64,000 nucleotides of DNA from Bacteroidales bacterium (GTDB lineage Bacteria; Bacteroidota; Bacteroidia; Bacteroidales; UBA12481): assembly GCA_028686135.1 (NCBI GenBank), contig JAQUCP010000007.1:49647-113646 (forward strand), in the 5' to 3' direction. A program made the position numbers and the translations under genes. Shown piece after piece: positions 19,088 through 28,332 of this stretch; position 1 is the stretch's first letter, and each line of letters begins with the position of its first letter. The notes beneath the pieces are model-generated. The model did not search any database, was not told the DNA's origin, and saw only the letters and a list, made by a program, of their open reading frames with translations.

Positions 19088-20765
19088 GCTCTTCTACTCT
19101 CAGCGGTGTAAACTGGAAACCGGTACTGTCAAACAAGCCACGATCGCTGATTTTGAGGGATGGAATCACCAGCAAAGCCATAAAGGAGAGGGTCATGAAT
19201 GGGGCTCTCAGGGTTGATCCCAACTCAGCGGCGAGGTGGTTCAAGGAAACATATTGTTGAGCTACAAGCTCCACTTGATCGCCGCTCATTAATCCAGCAA
19301 AAGGCAGTGGCATCACGTGCTTTTCATCCCCATGAACGATGCTGATTCCGCCCATATTTTCAATTAATATATTGACTGCCAGGCACATATCTTTATCATT
19401 TGCTCCAATAACGATAATCTGGTGACTATCGTGGGCGATCGATGAAGCGATTGCTCCTGTTTTCAGCTTAAAGCCTTGGATTAGGCCAACGGAAGGTTTA
19501 GCGGGATGGTAGCGGTTCACCACCGCGATTTTTAGCAGGTCGCGGGTGGGATCCTGGCGGATTTCTCCTTCTCTATCCGCTATCTCCATGATAATAGATT
19601 CGGTTTTTAGTTCACCATCGATTGCTTGTATCACACGAAATTTTCCGCCGGGGCCATCTATTCTCAAATCTTCCGGCTCGATTTTGTCTGCGTGGAACTG
19701 GTTGATTGGTGTTACTGGTTTTAATTGGGCTTCGGGCATTGCCGTAGAATAGACTGTTTCTCCGGCAATGACTGTTTCGGCAACTCGGAAATTCGGAAGA
19801 TCGCTGACCACAATAAAATCGGCAGAATCTCCTATTTTCAGCAACCCGATGGGCAGCTTATAATGTTCCACGGGATTATGCGATGCAGCTCGGATCAAGT
19901 CGAAAATATTGATTTGTTTTTGCATACCGCGACGGATCAGATCATCGATATGGTGGTGAATGAGATCGTCGGGATGGCAATCATCGGAGCAGAGCATCAC
20001 CCGATCAGGGTATCGTTCGATCAGGGGAGCCAAGGCATCAAAATTGGGAGCTACACTACATTCGCGGATCAGAATTTTCATTCCGGCAGCGATTTTCTCT
20101 TCGGCTTCGACCAAGGTAGTACATTCGTGTTCGGTAGTTATTCCGGCAGAGACATATTGAATCAGATCTTCACCGCTCACGCCCGGAGCATGTCCATCGA
20201 TCGGTAAACCATATTTTTTAGCCATCTCCAACTTTGACATAACGTTGGGGTCATGGAAGATCACACCTGGATAATTCATCATCTCACCAAGAGCGATGAC
20301 ACTACCATCAGCCATAAGCGGTTCCAGAGCATCAGCATCCAACACGGCTCCGGCAGTTTCAAAACGGGTAGCCGGCACACAGGATGGAGCAGTAAAGAAG
20401 ATCCTAGCCCGACCGTTCCGAGCATCTTGTACCATGAATCTGACACCTTCCACTCCGATCACATTAGCAATTTCGTGCGGATCTGATACAGTTGCAACCG
20501 TTCCGAACCGGACCACCCATGAACTAAACCGGGAAGGAATCACCATGGAACTTTCAATGTGCACGTGCGCGTCAACCAATCCAGGTAAAATAACCGGCCA
20601 ATCTCTCTCACCGCTTGGAAATGGCACACATTCGTCCGACAAAACCCGAATAGTAGAAATTATTCCATTTCGGTAAACGATCTCACCCCGGTAAAAGCAC
20701 CTTCTCTCCATATCGGGCAACCAGCCCCTTCTTAACTGCTCCCTTTTACTCATTTTCCTAACCAA
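19071..20765 (-). CDS. ade: Adenine deaminase (amidohydrolase superfamily)
   Basis: LPGLVDAHVHIESSM metal-binding motif, DGHAPG, plus the adenine-deaminase C-terminal domain. The track start is TTG at 20765; an in-frame ATG at 20753 is equally plausible. Confidence 0.85.
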   Translation of the reverse strand: MVRKMSKREQLRRGWLPDMERRCFYRGEIVYRNGIISTIRVLSDECVPFPSGERDWPVILPGLVDAHVHIESSMVIPSRFSSWVVRFGTVATVSDPHEIANVIGVEGVRFMVQDARNGRARIFFTAPSCVPATRFETAGAVLDADALEPLMADGSVIALGEMMNYPGVIFHDPNVMSKLEMAKKYGLPIDGHAPGVSGEDLIQYVSAGITTEHECTTLVEAEEKIAAGMKILIRECSVAPNFDALAPLIERYPDRVMLCSDDCHPDDLIHHHIDDLIRRGMQKQINIFDLIRAASHNPVEHYKLPIGLLKIGDSADFIVVSDLPNFRVAETVIAGETVYSTAMPEAQLKPVTPINQFHADKIEPEDLRIDGPGGKFRVIQAIDGELKTESIIMEIADREGEIRQDPTRDLLKIAVVNRYHPAKPSVGLIQGFKLKTGAIASSIAHDSHQIIVIGANDKDMCLAVNILIENMGGISIVHGDEKHVMPLPFAGLMSGDQVELVAQQYVSLNHLAAELGSTLRAPFMTLSFMALLVIPSLKISDRGLFDSTGFQFTPLRVEEHGNTL

Positions 20766-20772
20766 CTTTTAT

Positions 20773-20790
20773 GTGTTCCACGTGGAACAC
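20773..20790. promoter_or_regulatory. Perfect 18-bp palindrome GTGTTCCACGTGGAACAC between the mnmG stop and the ade start
   Basis: Read directly and fully self-complementary. On the minus-strand transcript it can form a 7-bp stem with an ACGU loop. Confidence 0.4.
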
Positions 20791-22661
20791 TACCGTCCGA
20801 TCATAACCAGTAAAACACTAATATCTGATGGCGAAACTCCAGGAATTCGGCTTGCCTGCGATATCGTCTCGGGCTTAATCCTCTCTAGTTTTTCTCTTGC
20901 CTCCATTGTAATCCCTCCAATTTCGGCATATTTTATCCACTCTGGAATTTTCAAATTTTCCAATCTTTTTATTTTTTCCGCCATTATCTTTTCCCGGTCT
21001 TCATACCCTTTGTATTTTATATCGATTTCGGCACCCTCAATCACCTCACTTCTGAATTCATTTATCCCTTCGACAACCTCTTTAAAATCTCTCAACACAT
21101 CCACCACATTCTCTATTTGGATCTCCGGTCGCAATAGGATATCCTTAAGCTTTACCTTTTGTTTGATCAATGAGGATTTTTTGCTTGCCAAAAACGGATT
21201 GATTTCATCCGGACTAACAGAGCGTTTCTTAACAAAACCGACAATTCTATTTCGATTTTTAATCTTTTCCTCCAGGTTTTTCATCCGCTCGTCGGAGGCA
21301 AGCCCCAGCTGAAATCCAATTGGTGTTAACCTTTCATCGGCATTATCCTGCCTCAATAAAATTCTGTATTCTGCACGCGAAGTGAACATTCTGTAAGGTT
21401 CATCAACCCCTTTTGTTATTAAATCATCAATCAATACACCAATATAGGCCTGATCTCTTCTGAGCACAAATGGCTTTTTCCCTGTTAGTTTTAAATGGGC
21501 ATTAATACCAGCCATCAAGCCTTGCGCACCCGCCTCTTCATAGCCTGTAGTCCCATTAATCTGACCAGCAAAATAGAGGTTTTCAACCGCTTTTGTTTCT
21601 AGGGTAATCTTTAACTGCGTCGGATCGAAATAGTCATATTCTATGGCATAACCTGGCCTGAATATGTTGACATTTTCCAATCCTTCTATCTTTCTAAGCC
21701 CACGCAACTGAACATCCAATGATAAGGACGAAGAGAATCCGTTAATATAGTATTCAATCGTATCCCATCCTTCTGGCTCAACGAATAGTTGATGCCGATC
21801 CTTATCAGCAAACGTCACCAATTTTGCTTCAATGCTTGGACAATATCTTGGCCCGACTCCCTGTATGGTTCCATCAAACATTGGGGACGCATCAAAACCG
21901 CTTTCCAATATTTTATGTACGTCCGAATTGGTATAGACCAAATAACATGATCGTGATCGTTTTGATTCTCTTGCCGGATTAAGAAAACTAAAAGGCACCT
22001 CCCATTTGTCACCAGGCTGCTCAATCAACTTTTTAAAATCTATTGTCCGCCCATCCAATCGTGCCGGAGTACCGGTTTTCATCCTACCCGACTTAATCCC
22101 AAGCTTTTTTAAAGTCTCCGTAAGACCCCTTACCCCTCCCTCCGAATCTCTTCCTCCCTCAACATGATTCCTTCCAACATGAATCATCCCGTTTAAGAAT
22201 GTCCCATTCGTCAGAATTACCGCTCCTGCGTTAAAGGTGACATCCATCTCTGTCTTAACACCTTTTATAACCCCATCCTCTACCAACACTTCCTTTACTT
22301 TATCCTGCCAAAAATCTAATGTTGGAATGGCTTCTAACCGGCTTCGCCACTCTTTGCTGAATAAAATCCTGTCACATTGTGCTCTTGGACTCCACATAGC
22401 CGGTCCCTTCGAGCGATTTAACATCCTAAACTGAATCATAGACGCATCAGTTACCAGGCCTGATAATCCCCCTAATGCATCTATTTCTCTGACAATCTGA
22501 CCCTTAGCAATTCCGCCCATTGCCGGATTACACGACATATAAGCCATCTTGGTCATGTCCATCGTGATCAACAGGACACTCGAACCCATATTAGCAGCAG
22601 CAGCAGCAGCCTCACAGCCAGCATGCCCACCTCCAACCACTATGATATCATATTTCTTCAT
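20790..22661 (-). CDS. mnmG: tRNA uridine 5-carboxymethylaminomethyl modification enzyme MnmG (GidA)
   Basis: [19 protein letters not shown] motif and full-length GidA pattern (623 aa). Confidence 0.97.
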   Translation of the reverse strand: MKKYDIIVVGGGHAGCEAAAAAANMGSSVLLITMDMTKMAYMSCNPAMGGIAKGQIVREIDALGGLSGLVTDASMIQFRMLNRSKGPAMWSPRAQCDRILFSKEWRSRLEAIPTLDFWQDKVKEVLVEDGVIKGVKTEMDVTFNAGAVILTNGTFLNGMIHVGRNHVEGGRDSEGGVRGLTETLKKLGIKSGRMKTGTPARLDGRTIDFKKLIEQPGDKWEVPFSFLNPARESKRSRSCYLVYTNSDVHKILESGFDASPMFDGTIQGVGPRYCPSIEAKLVTFADKDRHQLFVEPEGWDTIEYYINGFSSSLSLDVQLRGLRKIEGLENVNIFRPGYAIEYDYFDPTQLKITLETKAVENLYFAGQINGTTGYEEAGAQGLMAGINAHLKLTGKKPFVLRRDQAYIGVLIDDLITKGVDEPYRMFTSRAEYRILLRQDNADERLTPIGFQLGLASDERMKNLEEKIKNRNRIVGFVKKRSVSPDEINPFLASKKSSLIKQKVKLKDILLRPEIQIENVVDVLRDFKEVVEGINEFRSEVIEGAEIDIKYKGYEDREKIMAEKIKRLENLKIPEWIKYAEIGGITMEAREKLERIKPETISQASRIPGVSPSDISVLLVMIGR

Positions 22662-22681
22662 TTTATCCTCATCTCTTTGCT

Positions 22682-23110
22682 CTATTTGCCTTCGGCACGC
22701 ACAATCCCCAAATATAAGTTTTCCTTGGCAGTCATATTTTCTCTGTTTTCTTTCGTATCATCTTCATAACCAATAAGATGTAGCACACCATGAATGATAA
22801 TCCTACGCATCTCATCTGGAAAAGTTACCTGATAAATTCCTGCATTTTCTTTAACCCGCTCCACACTGATTAAAATATCTCCCGAAATTCGGTCATCTTC
22901 CCGATAATCAAACGAGATCACATCAGTGAGATAATCGCGATTCAAAAAAGTCTTATTGATCCCTAACAGAAATTGATCACTGCAAAAAACGATCGATAGG
23001 TCTCCCGTAATCCCTCCCTCACGTTCAACAACCGTTCGAACCAATTCTTTAATCTCAGACCTTTTTATCTTTCTAAAGGTGATATCTTCTTCAACAATTT
23101 GGATAGCCAT
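22682..23110 (-). CDS. ybeY: rRNA maturation RNase YbeY
   Basis: [11 protein letters not shown] zinc-binding motif at 142 aa. Confidence 0.95.
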   Translation of the reverse strand: MAIQIVEEDITFRKIKRSEIKELVRTVVEREGGITGDLSIVFCSDQFLLGINKTFLNRDYLTDVISFDYREDDRISGDILISVERVKENAGIYQVTFPDEMRRIIIHGVLHLIGYEDDTKENRENMTAKENLYLGIVRAEGK

Positions 23111-23114
23111 TGGT

Positions 23115-26100
23115 TTATTTCCTCCCTTTTATGTATTCCTCATATTTTTCCTGATAGAACCGTTTTAATCTTATTTCACGATATCGCATTAACTCTTCGA
23201 TGATTCGTTCCTGCTTCTCGTTTTCTTCCAAGGGTTTGATTACGGGCTCAAATTCTCCCTTAAACTCATTCGATTCCCGCTTATTATCATTTTCTCGCTC
23301 TCTTTCCGACCTTTCAGCCTCAAGCAACCTGGTGGTAATCAATTCATCTCTTTTGATCGTGTTTGGATTAACCTGATCGTAAATCAGGTCCTTTTCGATC
23401 TGTTTCATCATCTCGATAGCATGCTGTAGCTTTTCTTTAGCCTCCTTCCCCAACGATCCGCCCTGCGTCAGCGATTCCATCGCCCTTCTCATCATCTCCC
23501 GCTGTTGTAACATCTTAGCCATCTCCTCGCGCTGCTTACCATCCTTACCCTTTTGTCCCATCTGCTCAATCATCCCTTTTAACTGCTCCTTCAACGATTG
23601 TTGCTGCTGCCGCATCTCGCCAACCTCCTCTTCTCCACTCTTCTTTGGTTTACTATCTGTAAAACCTTGATTACCTGCCGATGAACCTTGTTGGGCAGCC
23701 ATCTGATTGACCATCTCGTCTAACTTCAGGGCAATCGAATTCACATGATTCATAATTTGATTCTGTTCAATGCGAACCTGACTGATCTTATTATCAGCAT
23801 AATTATGCACAAGATTCGTCATGGATGTTTCCACGTGGAACACCTCATCTCCTATAATCTTGGCGATCAGTGGCTGACGATAACCCATCGCTTTTAAACT
23901 ATCCCGTATAATTCCAAACTTGCTCTCAAGCGTTTTTTGTTTCCCGATCACTTCATGAAAAATCGGACTGTTAACGTTAATTCTGGCAATTTGCCTATTC
24001 AAATCTTCCTGATGGAAACTGAAATCAATCAATGCATTGCGGATCTGCCTCAAGTGTTCTAGGTCAACCATTTGACTGTCAGAAGATGACATTTTTAGCA
24101 TCTTTCTCATCTTAGAAGCGACATCCCTCATCCTATCAGACGCTTTCTTTCGGGCTTTCTTAAATTCACCGCCTTCTGTCTCCTTCATTTCTTCAGCCAA
24201 CTCTTTCATCTCCTCTCGTTCAGCCTCCATGGACTCCGTCTTGATCGGATCTTTTAGTCCAGCATTCTCCTCTAAATTCTTTTCATACTCCCGATTCCAC
24301 TCTTCTACTTTCTTGTCTATTTGCTCAGCCTCCTCCTTGTCTTCTTCATCTACTTTTTCTGTCTGATCGGCCAACTTTTCTAACTCGTTAATTTGCTGCA
24401 TTAATCGCGATTCAATATCGTACTTCTTTAGTAGTTCCAGGCTCATGTCCATCTGCTCTTTGAGCTTTTCCATATTCATCTCAACCTGTTCCTGCAACTG
24501 CCTAAACTCCGAACCTTTCATCTCCTCAGCGAGCTTTTTGAGCTGTTCCAGCAGATCCTTTAATTCATCATCAATGAGATTGTCCATCAACTCTCGGATC
24601 TCTTCAGCCCTTTCCAGCAGTTCCTCGCTATCCTGCAATCGTTCTTCATTCTTTTTGTAATCCTCCACATTCTCTTCAACCATCTGTATCATCGACTCCA
24701 CATTCTCCCTCAATTGGTTAATCTCCTTCATCTTTTCTGCGATCTCCCAAGGCTTTAGCTCACCAGTTAACTGTTCCAACCTGAACATATTGAGCTTCTC
24801 CAACAACTCATCCACCTCACTCATCCCATCCTCGAGCCCTTTACTAACATCCTCTGCCAGGTCACGCGATTCTTGCTTGATCTCTTCCCAGGTTTTCATT
24901 TTCACGATCAGCCTTTCACTCTCGGTTGATTTAGGACCGAACTCGTAGTCGTTATCCCAGATCCTGAAAAAATAGGTGAATGATCCTGTATCCTGTATGT
25001 TCAACGAGTGGTAGAAAGTCTGGCTCAATAGGTCTTTGGATACCTCCAGCTCAGTTATCTCTTCCTGTCCATTACGATCGATAACCCGCTCCAGCTTTGA
25101 AAAACCAAAATCGTCCTGAATAAATCCCTCTACATACCGTTGCCGATCATCCTCATCATAAACATTCTCAGTCACGCGGATATAGGGATAGTCATCCCTC
25201 GTGGTGGTAATATAAAATGGATAGGAGGTGGTTAATCCGTTGTCATTTTTACAAATAATCGTGATCTCCCGATCTGATGAGACCTTCTCAGAATAGACAG
25301 CTTTACGATCTTCAACCAGCAATTCCTGCTGGTTGTCGCCATTTACGATGGTCACCCTATTGGTATGATTCATCAGGAGCTGCCAGGTTACCACTGATCC
25401 CCGGATAATCTCAATACTACTTTGTCCTTCGATGGTTTCATGAGGTAACCCGGTGTAAGTTGGCGGGGCTACGATCACCGTCTGGTTAACCATTTCTGGA
25501 CGCAACAGAACCTCAACCCGGTACACCTGACTTTCCTGATTATTAAACACAAACCGAAAATCCAAGTTACGGTTCACTTCCCTGATGGTGTGACGATAGT
25601 GTCCATCCTCCTTCACCAATGCATCATAATTTCCAGCTATTTGGATAGCAATTCTCTCCCTTCCAGGATCAAAACTAGGTTCAACCTCAATGGTGATATC
25701 ATCACCAACTACAACCTTCAGTGAATCGTTTAAAATTCGGTATCCATAAACCACCTTTGCCGGTTCATTTTGATTATATCGTACCACGGCATCAATACCA
25801 CTCTTAACAAATCTTGGAAAAATGGCATAGGATCCTATCACAATCAAGATAAGAGCGATCAGCCAAGGAATGTTTTTCACCAAATCCCTAATAGGTAATG
25901 CTTTGTTGAAATCAAACCATCTTATTTCATCCGTTTTCTGACGGATGGCTTCCAGATAGAGATCCGAATATTGTTCTGGAAGCTCTTTCTTTAATTCATA
26001 TACATTGATGATCCGATCGCGGATATCACCATGGGTTCCGGTGATAATTCGGCTTGCCTCCTTATAGTCCATCCGCCCGAGCAATCCCAGCCATCGTAAA

Positions 26101-26363
26101 CCAGGCAGCACAACCAACACTACCAGAAGCCAGCCTGATAAAGCAACAAACAGCCAAAATAGTACCCCTCCCATTACCGGTCCGGCATGCAACACGTTGC
26201 TTAGCACCAGGGCTATTCCGATATAAACTAAACTGACTATCAAGGTTATAACAAAACCTTGCAGCATCCTGACCAGGTAGAATCGTTTCAGGAAGTCATT
26301 CAGTCGGCGTTCAACCGTCAACTCGCTGGATTTTGCCGGGTTTTTCATCATCTCGACAGCCAC
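23115..26363 (-). CDS. Large membrane-anchored protein with a ~600-aa E/K-rich coiled-coil C-terminal region (DUF4175-like; function unknown)
   Basis: Three hydrophobic helices in the first ~190 aa, a beta-rich middle, then extreme E/K/Q/M heptad-like sequence. The track start is GTG at 26363. The in-frame ATG at 26351 forms an ATGA overlap with the upstream stop and may be the real start. The family name is from memory. Confidence 0.6.
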   Translation of the reverse strand: MAVEMMKNPAKSSELTVERRLNDFLKRFYLVRMLQGFVITLIVSLVYIGIALVLSNVLHAGPVMGGVLFWLFVALSGWLLVVLVVLPGLRWLGLLGRMDYKEASRIITGTHGDIRDRIINVYELKKELPEQYSDLYLEAIRQKTDEIRWFDFNKALPIRDLVKNIPWLIALILIVIGSYAIFPRFVKSGIDAVVRYNQNEPAKVVYGYRILNDSLKVVVGDDITIEVEPSFDPGRERIAIQIAGNYDALVKEDGHYRHTIREVNRNLDFRFVFNNQESQVYRVEVLLRPEMVNQTVIVAPPTYTGLPHETIEGQSSIEIIRGSVVTWQLLMNHTNRVTIVNGDNQQELLVEDRKAVYSEKVSSDREITIICKNDNGLTTSYPFYITTTRDDYPYIRVTENVYDEDDRQRYVEGFIQDDFGFSKLERVIDRNGQEEITELEVSKDLLSQTFYHSLNIQDTGSFTYFFRIWDNDYEFGPKSTESERLIVKMKTWEEIKQESRDLAEDVSKGLEDGMSEVDELLEKLNMFRLEQLTGELKPWEIAEKMKEINQLRENVESMIQMVEENVEDYKKNEERLQDSEELLERAEEIRELMDNLIDDELKDLLEQLKKLAEEMKGSEFRQLQEQVEMNMEKLKEQMDMSLELLKKYDIESRLMQQINELEKLADQTEKVDEEDKEEAEQIDKKVEEWNREYEKNLEENAGLKDPIKTESMEAEREEMKELAEEMKETEGGEFKKARKKASDRMRDVASKMRKMLKMSSSDSQMVDLEHLRQIRNALIDFSFHQEDLNRQIARINVNSPIFHEVIGKQKTLESKFGIIRDSLKAMGYRQPLIAKIIGDEVFHVETSMTNLVHNYADNKISQVRIEQNQIMNHVNSIALKLDEMVNQMAAQQGSSAGNQGFTDSKPKKSGEEEVGEMRQQQQSLKEQLKGMIEQMGQKGKDGKQREEMAKMLQQREMMRRAMESLTQGGSLGKEAKEKLQHAIEMMKQIEKDLIYDQVNPNTIKRDELITTRLLEAERSERERENDNKRESNEFKGEFEPVIKPLEENEKQERIIEELMRYREIRLKRFYQEKYEEYIKGRK

Positions 26364-27547
26364 TTCTCCGGATCAAGGGTTACCGGCATCGGTTTGGCAT
26401 ATTTCCAGATCTCAAAATGTATTTCCGAGTTGGTTCCGCTTGCCGGCTTATAGGATTTCCCAATCACCTGTTTCACCTTCACCTCATCACCCTCTTTGAC
26501 GCTAATTTCTGTGAGATTCTGATAAACCGAAAAGAATTCTCCATGTTGAATCACAACGGCCCGGTTGCCGCTGGGAAGGGTCAGAATGGCTCCAACCGTC
26601 CCATTGAAAATCGCTCTAACCGGCGCAGCAGGCTCAGTTAAAATCTCTATACCTTTATTATCAATCTTCGCATTTCGGAGTACCGGGTGATCCTGAACTC
26701 CGTAGCCCATGGTGACAACACCACGCTCTACCGGCCAGGGCAGACCTCCTTGGTTCTGACTAAAATCGTTCGACAGGATTTTCATTTCCGGGGTCATCCG
26801 CATCCCCGAACTGGCAAATTCTGTTCCGCTGGCAGCAGCAATAATTCGTGCAATCTCTGATTCTAATCGCTTGTATGCCAATCGTTTATCATTGATCTCC
26901 TTCTTCAATTGACGCTCCCGACTTTGTAAGCTTTTTACCAATTTATCTTTTTGTTTTCGCTCAGAATACATTTTGCTTACCTCTCGGTTTTCGGCACTCA
27001 GCAGTGAGCTTTTCTGGTTCTTATCTGTCTCTAACTTTTCCAGGAGTACTTTCAACTCTTCGGTTCGCTGTACAATCAGTTCACCTTGCTGTCTTCGATA
27101 TTTTCCGTACTCCTCGAGATGTTTCATTCGCTTAAAAGCCTGGTTAAAATCCTCAGCGGCAAAGATAAACTGGGCGCGATGGTAAGCATTACGGTTGAGG
27201 TAGGTCCGATAGATGATCTTCGAGTACTCCTCTTTCAGCCTGGTGATCTCTTTCTCCAGTTCGGTCCGGGTGGTTTCATTTTTCCGGATCTGATTATTCA
27301 ATTGCCTGATCTCATTATTGATACCCCGAATGATTCGTTCGCGTTGAGTGACATTCCGGTTGATCAGTTTAAGGTTTTGCAGCTGGCTTTCCCGATTACT
27401 CAGGGTTTGTTGCAGCATCTCTTCTGCAATCGCAATTTCTTTCAGGCTCTTTTCTCGCTCCGATTTCAGCTGTTCAATATCCTGTGCCCTGATCCCACTG
27501 ATGATCAGAATCATACAACAAAATATACCGATAATCCTTTTCACCAT
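26348..27547 (-). CDS. EnvC-like murein hydrolase activator: signal peptide, coiled coil, degenerate M23/LytM domain
   Basis: N-terminal signal, ~230 aa coiled coil, and a C-terminal LytM fold (GLPWPV...VVIQHGEFFSVYQNL...IHFEIW) with the metal and catalytic positions substituted. Confidence 0.85.
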   Translation of the reverse strand: MVKRIIGIFCCMILIISGIRAQDIEQLKSEREKSLKEIAIAEEMLQQTLSNRESQLQNLKLINRNVTQRERIIRGINNEIRQLNNQIRKNETTRTELEKEITRLKEEYSKIIYRTYLNRNAYHRAQFIFAAEDFNQAFKRMKHLEEYGKYRRQQGELIVQRTEELKVLLEKLETDKNQKSSLLSAENREVSKMYSERKQKDKLVKSLQSRERQLKKEINDKRLAYKRLESEIARIIAAASGTEFASSGMRMTPEMKILSNDFSQNQGGLPWPVERGVVTMGYGVQDHPVLRNAKIDNKGIEILTEPAAPVRAIFNGTVGAILTLPSGNRAVVIQHGEFFSVYQNLTEISVKEGDEVKVKQVIGKSYKPASGTNSEIHFEIWKYAKPMPVTLDPEKWLSR

Positions 27548-28332
27548 TTCTTATAACTAATGTCCAGATCTGGTATGACTTCATAGCTCTTGATATCCAT
27601 GTCTAGTCCGATATCATTGGATTTTTCAGCCCCTTTAATGCTTATTCTCTTGATAAAACCATTCTCATCGTACTGATAAAACACCCGTCCGATGATATCA
27701 TTATCCTGATTGATCATATCCACTGATTCGATTCGATAGCCGGGTGTTTGAGTAAGGAATCGGAATCCAACCCCTGACTTATCATCACCTGATCCACTCT
27801 CCGGCAGGGCAAAGATCCAGTTACCATCCTTATCGGGCCGATAACGCAGCTCATCCAGTAAACGGTCGGGATTGTCTGTATTCCAGCTGAACAGTCGTCG
27901 CAGGAGTATTCCCTGGAAAGCAATGAAGTTGAGTGGGTAACCTGAGTACTCTTCCAGCAGCTTCCAGTTTCCTTTTTCTTTGATTCTCAACAATCTTGAA
28001 TTGATCCAGACGCTATCTGGTTCTGCCAATACGCGCGCGATTTCAATGCCGATGCCTGAACGTAAGGAGACCCAAACCGCCTGATCTTTTTCAATGCGGA
28101 TGGTACCTTGAAAGTTGATGCTCTGCTCTCCCGTTCTAGCTTTGCCTGAACATTTTATTTCAATCGGACTGTCAGCAATCTGTTGCTCCAGGACTCTCCT
28201 GATCATCTCCGTTTCCATCTTCACCGTTTTTCTTGTTTCTGTCACTTTCCGGCCTGTTTTACATCCGGACATCAGGATTAAAAGTACAAAGAGTGTCAGG
28301 AATCCAATCTGTTTAACGTTGATTCTCATCAC
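27541..28332 (-). CDS. Lipoprotein, DUF4292-like (LolB-like fold family)
   Basis: Lipobox-like LMSGC at residues 20-24 and ~260 aa. I recall the TPR/DUF4292/M23 order downstream of dut as conserved in Bacteroidota. Confidence 0.6.
   Translation of the reverse strand: MMRINVKQIGFLTLFVLLILMSGCKTGRKVTETRKTVKMETEMIRRVLEQQIADSPIEIKCSGKARTGEQSINFQGTIRIEKDQAVWVSLRSGIGIEIARVLAEPDSVWINSRLLRIKEKGNWKLLEEYSGYPLNFIAFQGILLRRLFSWNTDNPDRLLDELRYRPDKDGNWIFALPESGSGDDKSGVGFRFLTQTPGYRIESVDMINQDNDIIGRVFYQYDENGFIKRISIKGAEKSNDIGLDMDIKSYEVIPDLDISYKKW

Noticed and set aside
20773-21312. 179-aa plus-strand ORF (MFHVEHY..., rich in S/I/F/L)
   Set aside because: It lies entirely antisense to mnmG, whose identity is unambiguous. 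Its low-complexity composition is typical of a shadow frame opposite a purine-rich coding strand.
22596-22615. (GCA)n trinucleotide run
   Set aside because: It encodes the Ala stretch next to the MnmG FAD-binding motif ([12 protein letters not shown]). It is only about 5 units long and in frame, so it is not a meaningful repeat.
23829-23843. Second copy of TTCCACGTGGAACAC (shared with the 20773-20790 palindrome) inside the 1082-aa ORF
   Set aside because: By my estimate, about one to a few identical 15-mer pairs are expected by chance in 64 kb on two strands. This copy is coding (VFHVET) and does not extend to the full palindrome. I do not treat the two as a repeat family.
20790-26363. Apparently lower GC (about 38-43% in sampled lines) across mnmG, ybeY and the 1082-aa gene, considered as possible horizontal transfer
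   Set aside because: The block contains universally conserved housekeeping genes. I sampled only a few 60-nt lines, and neighbouring genes also have about 40% GC stretches. The effect is explained by purine-rich E/K coding. It needs a real sliding-window calculation.
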